Positions 45,245 through 55,200 of a stretch of DNA of 64,000 nt are shown piece after piece. The DNA is from a virus (lineage: Duplodnaviria; Caudoviricetes), in the IMG/VR virus record IMGVR_UViG_3300024507_000173, positions 32,001 through 96,000 of that record; one strand, 5' to 3'. The notes under the pieces were generated by a model that did not search any database, was not told where the DNA came from, and saw nothing but the letters and a program-made list of their open reading frames with translations. A program made the position numbers and the translations under genes. Numbering within the stretch: the first letter of the stretch is position 1; each line of letters starts with the position of its first letter.

Positions 45245-47653
45245 TTACAGTTTCATAATGAAGCAAAGTGCATAGTACGGAGGTAAGTTTGCGTTAGTGC
45301 CCGAAGATCCTGTTGAGCTAATGCTTACTGAAATACCTGTACTAGCGTTATCTGTGTTCGATCCGTTATCAGATTTTCCTAACGCCGAGTCAGGAGATGT
45401 ACCGGCTTGCCTTCCTGTTCCAGATCCCATTCGAGTTATTGGGTTGCCATATTGCGTTACATTACTGTGCGAGTGCCCTGGGTCATTAACTGAAGCCGAG
45501 TGCGAGTGGCTTACTACAATCGCATCTTTGCTACCACCTGTTGCTCCGACTGCATAGGTTGAACCTGCGCCTACTATAAAACGGTCTCGTAAATCTGGGG
45601 TGCCGTTGGAGCCGTTACACAACGCCCAACCAGAGGGAATTGATACTACTAATCCGTTCCACATAATAATTCCCCCTGACGGAATACCTGCAAGTGCAAT
45701 ATTAACTGCACCGCCAAGAGAAACTGTATACCCATTAATAGTAATCGATGGATTTTGTAAGGATGAATTTGGAATGCTTGTAACTTTTGAACCTGCTAAC
45801 GTAGTAATCCAACTTGGATTAGAATAAGTTCCTGTAGTATACACACCATTTGTTACTGTTCCAGCATTTCCAGAAACATTACCAATAACATTTCCTAATA
45901 ATCCGCCAACAAATGAATTTGCAGCTATGTTTCCATATACATCTCGAGATGCAACGGTTAAAGGAACATTGTTTGGAGTAGCATCTATCCCAATAGTAAC
46001 CGGAAGTGATGAATCGTATAAACTTAAACTACCGCTAGTAGCAGTATTAATCATCGTGATATGATTACCAGCAGTTATTGGTTCTATTCCAATTGACGGT
46101 TCCCACTGAGGTCCTCCTGGTCTAGCTCTCAGAACAAATCCATCCGGTCCTAAACCCAACGTTGTTGTTGTATCTTGATCTGATTGTATAACTAGAGCGC
46201 CAGCGCCACCGCCAACAATATTAGTTGCTCTTAAGGATAATGTTGCAGTATCTGCATTTCCTTTAAAATTATTAGCATAAACATTGTTAAACTTGTAACT
46301 TGGTATGCCTAAATTTGTTATGTTATCACCTATTAGTGCAGGAGAATTAGGGCCGCCTAATGACAGCGATGTTAACGTGTCAACAAGTTTTATGTCAGGT
46401 CCAGTTGGGCCTAGATCAAAATTTAATGCTCCTGTTTCAGATCTAATTGTAGGAACACTATCGTCAACAAACAAATTAAATTGAGATGAACTTCCTATAG
46501 TTATTCCAAGATCTGCTACACTTAACCCTGTTAAAGTTCCTACAGAAGTCAGACTAGACATTAATACGTTAGATGCCAGTGTATTGCCTGTTAATATACC
46601 TGCAGGTGCAGGTATTGTTATATCACTTGTACCATCAAAGTTAACACCGTTAATTTTTCTTGCATTGGCTAGTTGAGTAGCTGTTGCCGCATTTCCCGAA
46701 AGTGTTGCGCCAACAAAAGAATTAGCTTCAATAATATTAAATCTACTAGTTCCGCTGGTTGCAGTTACATTGCCAGTTAAATTTCCTACAAATGTAGCCG
46801 TAATTGTACCTGCTGAAAACCCGCCTTCGCTGTTACGAGCTACAATTTTTCCAATAGCATTAGTAGATGATGCGTCTACTGACCAAGTAGTTTCTTGAGC
46901 TCCGTCAAAATCATTTCCTACAATATATGATCCGCTAATCAAAGAACGTGTTGTAGAAGATTTAATAGTTACGTTTGAAGTTCCGTTAAAAGGTACTCCG
47001 TTAATATTTCGACTAGTTTTTAATGCGTCAGCTGTTCCAGCATTACCTGTAACATTTCCATTTATTTTTGATGCTGATGATAAATTAATTCCAGCGGTTA
47101 AATTAGTTTCGAATCCATCTATTGCAGCATAAGGATTTATAGTAAACGCCGATGCTGTACATATTGCAAAAGGAACATCATCTGTTTCAAATATAAGAAC
47201 AGGACGTTGATTTCCTACAGTATCATCTAGTGTAGTTGCTCGAACTTTAGTCGATCCAAATCCTCTAACCGCCTCTGGTCCTATTAATTGCCATTCGGAG
47301 CCAGTATACACTTTTAATTGATTAGCATTTGTGTCCAACCAAAAAGATCCGGCTATTGTGGTTGTTGGAGCATCTTGGCTTAAAATTGCTGATCCTACAG
47401 GAACCCATTCTTCTAAATTATATACTTTGACTAAATTGGCCGAAGTATCAAACCATAATTGCCCGGTTAACGGCCTTGCTGGTGGTTTATTATTAGCAAA
47501 ATTTTCTAGCAACCACAGAAAATTTTCATTTTGTGCTTCACCATAGCCAACATAGTTTCTTCCAACTAAGTTGATGCTGGTACTGGTGTCTATAGTACCG
47601 TCGTCAAGTACTATTAGTTGTTCACCGTTAAATTTATTAATAACGTAAGACAT
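45245..47653 (-). CDS. Tail fibre protein with a tail-collar domain
   Basis: Shared N-terminal module; GNA/INGV-FDG repeats; PSGGIIMW...GWALCNGSNGTPDLRDRF collar, HSH motifs, NLPPYYALCFIMK end. Confidence 0.8.
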   Translation of the reverse strand: MSYVINKFNGEQLIVLDDGTIDTSTSINLVGRNYVGYGEAQNENFLWLLENFANNKPPARPLTGQLWFDTSANLVKVYNLEEWVPVGSAILSQDAPTTTIAGSFWLDTNANQLKVYTGSEWQLIGPEAVRGFGSTKVRATTLDDTVGNQRPVLIFETDDVPFAICTASAFTINPYAAIDGFETNLTAGINLSSASKINGNVTGNAGTADALKTSRNINGVPFNGTSNVTIKSSTTRSLISGSYIVGNDFDGAQETTWSVDASSTNAIGKIVARNSEGGFSAGTITATFVGNLTGNVTATSGTSRFNIIEANSFVGATLSGNAATATQLANARKINGVNFDGTSDITIPAPAGILTGNTLASNVLMSSLTSVGTLTGLSVADLGITIGSSSQFNLFVDDSVPTIRSETGALNFDLGPTGPDIKLVDTLTSLSLGGPNSPALIGDNITNLGIPSYKFNNVYANNFKGNADTATLSLRATNIVGGGAGALVIQSDQDTTTTLGLGPDGFVLRARPGGPQWEPSIGIEPITAGNHITMINTATSGSLSLYDSSLPVTIGIDATPNNVPLTVASRDVYGNIAANSFVGGLLGNVIGNVSGNAGTVTNGVYTTGTYSNPSWITTLAGSKVTSIPNSSLQNPSITINGYTVSLGGAVNIALAGIPSGGIIMWNGLVVSIPSGWALCNGSNGTPDLRDRFIVGAGSTYAVGATGGSKDAIVVSHSHSASVNDPGHSHSNVTQYGNPITRMGSGTGRQAGTSPDSALGKSDNGSNTDNASTGISVSISSTGSSGTNANLPPYYALCFIMKL

Positions 47654-47671
47654 TTATATCGCTCCGATTGA

Positions 47672-49486
47672 TTATGGTGGTAATAACGTATCTGATTGCC
47701 AAATCCAAGCACCAATGTTTAAAACAAACTCTTTAATAATTCTAGTTGTTACAATTGGTTGGGCAGTTATCGAAGCAGTTGGAAAAGTTATTCCTGTAAC
47801 AGCTTGGCCTGTGGCGCCTCCTAAATCTGTTAAGAAGGGGTTAGTATTAACTGTAGGAGGAAGTGAATTGATATCCAATGTAACTGCGTTATTAGTATTA
47901 ATTGTACATAATATTCTTGCCACTGTACCAGACCTAAATTCCGCCGGCGGAGCAAGATTATTTAATATATTAATAATAATATAGGTGTTTGATTTAGCAT
48001 CAGATAAATCCATACTGAAAACTAACGGCCTTGTTTCAATTGTATTATCTACATATTCTTTTGTGGCTGCATCTTGCGGATCAATAGGATCAACAAGATT
48101 TGTAATTCTAGCTGAATCATTTAAAACAACGTTACCAGTACCGTCAGGGAATATTTCAACGTCATAATTACTAGAAACCGTAGATATTCTATGGTTTTCT
48201 AATCTCATTTGAGCTACCGGAGGTGCTCCAGGACCAACGTTAATTACTGTTTGTGTACCAAAAGAACTAACACCCGGAATACTAGTAATACTAGAGCCTA
48301 AACTGTTTCCATCAATAACCTTGGTGCCGCCAATATAAAGAGCCTTGCCAGAATCTAAGTTAAGTGTTTCTGACACATCTAACCAGTTATCAGCGTTAGA
48401 ATAGGAAATTGTTTTGTCTGTAGTTCCTTTGATTGTAATTCCAGCACCGTCGGCTGTTGAATTTGTTGGATTAGTGACACTCGCAATGATTATGTTTTTG
48501 TCTTCTACAACTAAATCATTGGTATTAAGTGTTGTGGTTGTTCCCTGAACTTCTAAATTTCCAACAATGGTTAAATCGCCACCTACTCTAACTTGGCTAT
48601 CTTCATATCCATAATATAGATCGATTGTTCGTTGAGATGATCCTATAACAACTGCGTTTTCTTGGTTAATGCCTTTTCGAACGTTAAGAATTAAATTCTT
48701 ATCGGTTGAAGCGTTTGACATAAAAATGTCACCGCTGGTAACATACAAGTTAGATTGACCGGCTGATCCAATAACTATACCCTGGTCTGTGGTAATTCGT
48801 AGTTGTCCATTAATCGCATTTGATGTATCTCTACGAACATAGGTCGTTGCTACTGCTCCGCCAAGTTGTTCTGAATTTGTTACAGTTACATTAAATTTTA
48901 ATCCGTCTAATGTTCCTGCATTAAATCCTGGTTCGATACTACCAGAATATCCAATAATCTCTGCTTTAGGTGTAAAACTGTCTTTAGAAAAAATTCCTAA
49001 TAAAATTCCGTTATTATACAAGTATGTAATAACTCGAGTTTGGTTAAGAGTATCGAGAATACTATCAACTTTTAAACCGCTTAATCCTTGTGAAGCTGAA
49101 TATGCTGGGCCTAATAAAATAGGATTTGTACCGTCATAAAAATATAATTGGCCGCCAATGTTATCAAACCATAAATCTCCGCTAGCTAGTGTATCTGGTT
49201 GTGTATTTGAAATAGTTGCAGAACTTACCGGTACAAATGTCGATCCGTTGTAAACTTTTAATTTATTTTCAGAAGAATCGTACCATACTTGGCCTTTAAT
49301 AGGATGCTCTGGAGCAGTAGTACTTGAAAAATTTTCTAATATTTTAATTAGGTTTTCATTTAATGCTTCGCCAAACCCGCTGTAATTTTTTCCAATAAGA
49401 GTTATGTCAGTTGATAATTCATCAATTTGACCGTCTGCTACTGTTGCTACGATTGTACCGTCTGTTTTATTAATTTGATATGCCAT
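47672..49486 (-). CDS. Tail fibre/baseplate-associated protein
   Basis: Shared N-terminal module (GKNYSGFGE...ILENF...GQVW); GNLEVQGTTTT...VEDKNI; DAATKEYVD. Confidence 0.72.
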   Translation of the reverse strand: MAYQINKTDGTIVATVADGQIDELSTDITLIGKNYSGFGEALNENLIKILENFSSTTAPEHPIKGQVWYDSSENKLKVYNGSTFVPVSSATISNTQPDTLASGDLWFDNIGGQLYFYDGTNPILLGPAYSASQGLSGLKVDSILDTLNQTRVITYLYNNGILLGIFSKDSFTPKAEIIGYSGSIEPGFNAGTLDGLKFNVTVTNSEQLGGAVATTYVRRDTSNAINGQLRITTDQGIVIGSAGQSNLYVTSGDIFMSNASTDKNLILNVRKGINQENAVVIGSSQRTIDLYYGYEDSQVRVGGDLTIVGNLEVQGTTTTLNTNDLVVEDKNIIIASVTNPTNSTADGAGITIKGTTDKTISYSNADNWLDVSETLNLDSGKALYIGGTKVIDGNSLGSSITSIPGVSSFGTQTVINVGPGAPPVAQMRLENHRISTVSSNYDVEIFPDGTGNVVLNDSARITNLVDPIDPQDAATKEYVDNTIETRPLVFSMDLSDAKSNTYIIINILNNLAPPAEFRSGTVARILCTINTNNAVTLDINSLPPTVNTNPFLTDLGGATGQAVTGITFPTASITAQPIVTTRIIKEFVLNIGAWIWQSDTLLPP

Positions 49487-49501
49487 ATTTTTTTAACCTA
49501 A

Positions 49502-51613
49502 TTAGAATAACGGTGGACCTGATCTAATAATATAATTAATAGTCAAGTAGGGATTCATAATACCAACAGCCGTACCTAATGTTGTTCCAGTTGGTTTTTT
49601 AATTCCTCCGGAGTCTTTTAAATATTGTGCCTGACCTGGAGCGGTTGGACCTGGTCCAGTAACTGCATCCGGATCAATGGTAGTTGTGACTGCAATAACA
49701 TTATAATCTTGTCTTGACGAACTTAAAGAGTGAGAGTGTTCTGGTAAATTTGATAATGTCAATGTCACAGAACTTTGACCGGCTGTACCTGCTAGAGTCT
49801 GGGCCTTAGTGTCAGTTACTCTGCCTGCTGTGCCGCCACCTGCATCAACATATCCACCTGTTGATATTGGAACTGTGCCTCCGTTGTCCATATTATCTTT
49901 ACCTAACGGGAATCTTCCTCTTAGGTCCGGAATTCTAAATGTGTTGACTCCAGTTAACGAACCTGTACCATTATATGTTGTTCCAATTACATCGTATAGA
50001 TCTGGAAATTTTGATCTTTCAACTTCTGATCCATCACAAAATAAAAAACCATAAGGTGCTGTTGCGCCTGCATATGGAATGATGCCACCGATTGGAATAC
50101 CCATATCTCCAACAAATGTGTCTCTTGTTTGTTTTAATAAACCAGACGATATAGTTGTAGATTCGCTTGCTCTATATGTTAATACATAATCTGTCTTTTT
50201 AGATACTTTAGGAAATGGTTCGGACTTACTAGAAATAATGTTTGCAGTAAGAGTTGTGTTAAAAATCTTAGTGTAACTTCCTGTTTGCCCGTCGAACTGA
50301 ATTGCAGGACTAACAACGTCTCCGGATAACTGAAATGTTGTAACATTTTTTAATGATGTCGCTGTGTTAGAATTACCACTAATATTTCCATCAAGGACGC
50401 CTTGAATGGTATCTGCAATAATTGTTTTAGCCTGTACTGTATTCCATCTCTTTAATCCGGTTCCTAGATTAAAGGTATCAGTTGTTTTTGGTTGTATTGT
50501 ATTAGATTCTAATACTCCAGCAATACTAGCACCCTCGCCAACTAAAAGATTTTTAGAAATTGCTACACCGCCGGCGGTCCTGATGCTTCCGTTATTTAAA
50601 TTTGTACTTGCTGTAATATCTGTTACAATAACAGAACCAGTAAGTTTAATGTTTCCGTCAACATCTAATGCTTCAGTAGGACTGGCTTGATTAATACCAA
50701 CTGTATTATCAACTACTTTAAGAATAGTAGAAGGAATACCATTTCTGTTTGTCTGTATATCAATCGAACTGCCTGCTGCCGAATTATAAATCTTAGCGGT
50801 GGTAGCAGTAGTTCCGATATTAAATGTTCCGTCAATACCTACGGTTAAGCCGTTATTATTTCTAATATTAAACGCATAGTCAGTAGTATTAACTGTATTA
50901 GATCTTAAAAATTTTCCGGCAGCAACTTCAACGCCGCCAATGTTTAAGGCATTTGCATTTTTAGCTGTTCCATATAAAGTAGGAAGGTACCCTCCAACAA
51001 ACTCATTTATTGCAGAGTCTGTTGTTGGCAATGAAATATTCATACCTGATCGAATAATATCAAATCCGGTAATTAAAACTTTTGGGGTAAAACTGTCTTT
51101 AGAAAAAATAATTACAGGAATATCTGCAATATAAAATGTTAAAATATATCGAGTGATGTTATCCGAATCGGAAATACTTTCAACTACTGGTCCGTATCTT
51201 AAACCGTCTACAGAACTTTCTGCAGGACCAACTAATAGCCAACGTGTGCCTGTAAAAATACGAAGCTGTTGATTAGTTGTATCTACCCATAATTCACCAA
51301 CCTTGCTTTCTGCAACTGCTGGTTCTGTTGTTCCCTTTTGAATTCCCGATGCTGCTTTCCAACTTGTGTTGTCCCACATCATTAGAATTCCGTCATCGCT
51401 CTTATACCAAAGTTGTCCTTCTGTAGGATTCATTGGTTCGTCTGTTGAAGCAAAATTCTCTAATAATGCTAAAAAGTTTTCGGCTACAATCTGACCGTAC
51501 CCAGTAACGTTTCTACCTGGAAATGTTAAACTAGTATCAGTGTTTGATGTATTATCAAATACTGTTATAGGAGTCTTATTTGCACTATCTGTAAAATTAA
51601 CAATATATGGCAT
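49502..51613 (-). CDS. Tail fibre protein with a tail-collar domain
   Basis: Shared N-terminal module; PIGGIIPYAG...GFLFCDGS...FRIPDLRGRF collar; MNPYLTINYII end. Confidence 0.82.
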   Translation of the reverse strand: MPYIVNFTDSANKTPITVFDNTSNTDTSLTFPGRNVTGYGQIVAENFLALLENFASTDEPMNPTEGQLWYKSDDGILMMWDNTSWKAASGIQKGTTEPAVAESKVGELWVDTTNQQLRIFTGTRWLLVGPAESSVDGLRYGPVVESISDSDNITRYILTFYIADIPVIIFSKDSFTPKVLITGFDIIRSGMNISLPTTDSAINEFVGGYLPTLYGTAKNANALNIGGVEVAAGKFLRSNTVNTTDYAFNIRNNNGLTVGIDGTFNIGTTATTAKIYNSAAGSSIDIQTNRNGIPSTILKVVDNTVGINQASPTEALDVDGNIKLTGSVIVTDITASTNLNNGSIRTAGGVAISKNLLVGEGASIAGVLESNTIQPKTTDTFNLGTGLKRWNTVQAKTIIADTIQGVLDGNISGNSNTATSLKNVTTFQLSGDVVSPAIQFDGQTGSYTKIFNTTLTANIISSKSEPFPKVSKKTDYVLTYRASESTTISSGLLKQTRDTFVGDMGIPIGGIIPYAGATAPYGFLFCDGSEVERSKFPDLYDVIGTTYNGTGSLTGVNTFRIPDLRGRFPLGKDNMDNGGTVPISTGGYVDAGGGTAGRVTDTKAQTLAGTAGQSSVTLTLSNLPEHSHSLSSSRQDYNVIAVTTTIDPDAVTGPGPTAPGQAQYLKDSGGIKKPTGTTLGTAVGIMNPYLTINYIIRSGPPLF

Positions 51614-51616
51614 TTA

Positions 51617-52288
51617 TTAAGCTCCTGTAAATCCAGTTAAACTTTGTATACGAATTGTGTAGTCAATTTGTAATAATCTGTTTAACGATTTTTGAACTGG
51701 GTGGAAAACTACGTGGGTTAACAATTTGCCTGTTCCGTTGGGGTTGTAGCTCATTAGTCCCAGTTCATCAAATACAAATTCTCCATTCATATCAACAGAG
51801 TTATCAAATGCTTCTTGATCTAAAGGCTCGCCGTAGTCTAATAAACAACTAATTAAAATGTCGCTATAAGTTGCTCCGCTGATATGTCTAATTTCCATTT
51901 TATTTCTCAACGGGTCAGTATTTGATGACGAATTCTGATCAACAATTTTTGAATAAGTTTGGTTATATAAGCTAGAATTAATACCAGTTGTATTTGGAGT
52001 TAGATATGTTATTAACCCTGTTGGATCTACTGTTGTTCCGCCTGTTCCAAACACCATTTGATATACTGTTCCTTGACCTTGATTTGACAACGATTGTACC
52101 ATTGCAACTGACATATTTTCGTAATGGATAGCGTTGCGTTTATCAATAAACACCTCTTTGGTCTCGGGATCGAAGATTTTAATATGCCCTTCAAAATGGA
52201 ATCCGCCCGTTTCGTTTGGGCGTTTTTCCTGCGGCTGTGTAGTTTTTTCTTGATTTTGCGACATTTTATTCTCGTTTGACTCCATCAT
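51617..52288 (-). CDS. Baseplate/tail-associated structural protein
   Basis: EGHIKIFDP...FGTGGT...FVFDELGL...HPVQKSLNR; AATAAATA immediately upstream. Exact ATG (52291/52288/52285) uncertain. Confidence 0.65.
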   Translation of the reverse strand: MMESNENKMSQNQEKTTQPQEKRPNETGGFHFEGHIKIFDPETKEVFIDKRNAIHYENMSVAMVQSLSNQGQGTVYQMVFGTGGTTVDPTGLITYLTPNTTGINSSLYNQTYSKIVDQNSSSNTDPLRNKMEIRHISGATYSDILISCLLDYGEPLDQEAFDNSVDMNGEFVFDELGLMSYNPNGTGKLLTHVVFHPVQKSLNRLLQIDYTIRIQSLTGFTGA

Positions 52289-52295
52289 CATATAT

Positions 52296-55200
52296 TTATT
52301 CAGGTATAGAAGTGGTCTTCTGCGCTATGAATTTAGCTACAGGAGTGTTGTTATTCAACAAAGTAACACCCGAACTTGCCGATGTTTCGCTTCTATCGTA
52401 CCAGGTTTTTCCTGTTCTTCTAATTAAAGTTATACGTGTTCCAGCTTTTAACGGGTTAGTTAAGCGTAGATAGTTTGATGACCCGTCAACTGAAAAATCA
52501 GCTTCAGTTACAATAAATCCATCTATACCGTTATTTTCACTCCAAACAACCTGCGGGTCTTTTACTAATCTTCGGCCCTCTGCAAACACTTCAATAGTAT
52601 CACAAGGTCCGTAGTTAGTAGGAATTGTAATTAAATCCCAGTAAGTTTCCCAATCGTTAGATTCTAAAGGTTTAATATTAATACAAGGTCTGATATTTGT
52701 ATAAAAACTATCATCAACCTGTATAACATTGCCGGTTACATACTTAATTTTTTCATCATAGATGCCCTTAGTTATGTAAAAATTAGAATTGTACCATCTA
52801 TTTTTATTAGATTTAGTTGGAATAAATTCAAGAGGACCTATTAATAAACTACTTCCATCACTGTAAAAATCATATCTTTCTTGTGTGTCTTCGTAAGGAA
52901 TAATATCATTATAACCAACGTCTGCTACCTTAGTATCAATTAAATATTTTTCTCCAATAGGTGTTCCTCGTGTACCACGTCTTAATTGTCCTAAAACATT
53001 TTCTGTTTTAGTCATATACTCTATTCTTTCACCGGAAATCCAAACAACTCCAGGAATATTTCTATTTCTAACAGGATCAGCCAATGACGATGCATCATTT
53101 AAAGTAATTGTAGTATCAAAATAATTTAGATCAGATGCTAATTTAATGTCATCTAAAGAGAATCTATTAAAGTGATATACGTTGAGCATATCTTTGTGAA
53201 TTTCATATGCACTTGGTAATTTAAAAATAGATTTTGAAAAACTAATTGTTTTTATTTTATCTTCAGAGGTTGTATCTTCTTTTAGATAAATTGCTCCTCT
53301 TGGTAAAGAAACATAATAATCTTTATCTAACATTAGTCTATTTCCGTTTTTGTATACCCATACATAGCTAGACGAAATAGGAATTCTAGATAATTGAATA
53401 TTAACTCTTCCTCCTGTCTTTTCATCCGAAACAATATCAAGAGTAGGATATTCATTGAACCAAGTAATGTCAATTTTAACATTATCTGTTTCGTCTGCCG
53501 ATACCATCGAAACATCGTCTAATATCGTAACAGAATTTCCTGATATTGTATACTCTCGTCTTAGGTCATTTTCAACTTTAATAATATCACCAATGTTTAA
53601 AGAATCAGGATATATTGTTAATTCTTTTGTTGGACCATCAAATACATAATTAGTAATGAACTCTACTAATACATCATTAATAAAAACTTTTAAGTTGCTT
53701 GGCAAAATACTTCCAGGAGTTTCGTAAGGATCCTGGCCTAGAACAATAACGTTATTAGTTCCGTCGTATGTTCTATAAATTGTATCAGATCCTTTTAGGA
53801 TTCGACCGTCAACTTCAACAATTACAGCATTACCCGAACTTCCTCTAGAATATTCAAAAAATCCATCTATATCAAATGTTCGTGTACTTCCTTCAAAATA
53901 AACTGTTTGTGTGTTGATATTAATTACAGATAAGTCACTAGGTGCTATATCTGTTGTTGCTGATAAACATACAATCTTAATTGTATCACCGGCTTCGGGA
54001 TTAAATCCAAACTCAACTAAAGTTTTTCCGTTTGTATCAATTATCCCTGTGCTATTTTTAAATCCTGTATCAAATAATCTACCGTTTAATGTTACATAAA
54101 CATTAGAAGTATTATCGTAATCTGCATTTGTTAAAAATAAATTTGTATTACCGTCAGCAATAAATTCTTGATAGTCGATAATTCCAAGACCGCCCAATCC
54201 AATTGATAATATTTCAACTAAGGAATCGGCTGGTGGACTTGATGCAAAATTAACTTTCTGATTTATCAGATCAAGTGTATAATCTATATTGATTACTTGT
54301 TTAATTTTATCAATATAAACAATCACTGAACTATTTTGCAACACTGGTTGACCAATATTAAAACTAGTATCAACTCCAGTGCTTCGAATTAATTTTGTGT
54401 GCAACGGAGCAGAGCCATTAATTATATTATTGTATACTTTGATAGATACGCTATCTAATACTTGGCCGGGAACATTTTCTTCTGGTGCTGGTACCTGTTC
54501 AGGGCTAATAAACGACCCACCATTAATAATAATTTCTTCAACCGTTGCTCCATTGGCTGTAACATATGCTCCGTCAATTGCAGAAAGTGTTCCTCCGCTA
54601 ACCTTTGTATCTAGTAAGTTGTCATCTGTAATAGTTACAGAGCCGTCACTTTCAATTGGGCGGAAAATTAAAATGTCTCCGGCACTGGTAGAAATATACG
54701 TTCCAATTTCAATATTTGAAGTATTACCGTCGCCGACAAAAGATGGCATTTGTGCGTTAGGATTAATTGCAACCGACGAATCCCAAGCATCTGTATAGTT
54801 AGGATCGTCAATTCTAATAATTTCTCCTGTTACTGAATTTTTTATGTAGATGTTAATAATTTGACCGTTTGCAGGAACATACGGTAAAGTAACATATGTT
54901 GTGCTTCCATCACAGACATGGTAATAATCTGAATTTGCTTCAACACTATCCCAGTTGTCAGTGAACCAAGGCAGAGCGTCCCATCCACCAGTAACATCAA
55001 AGGTAGTACCTTGGATTTGAACACCTCCAAAGTCAATACCTGTCATTAACTGTCCTAGATCCTTTCCTATCATTCCCGCCTTAGGATTATACTTCTGTTC
55101 AATTCTATTAACAGCATCAAACAATTCAATATTTTTATCGTAGTTTACTACTATAATATCTCCTGCAGACGGTGCTATTGCAAAATTTAATTTTCCTTGT

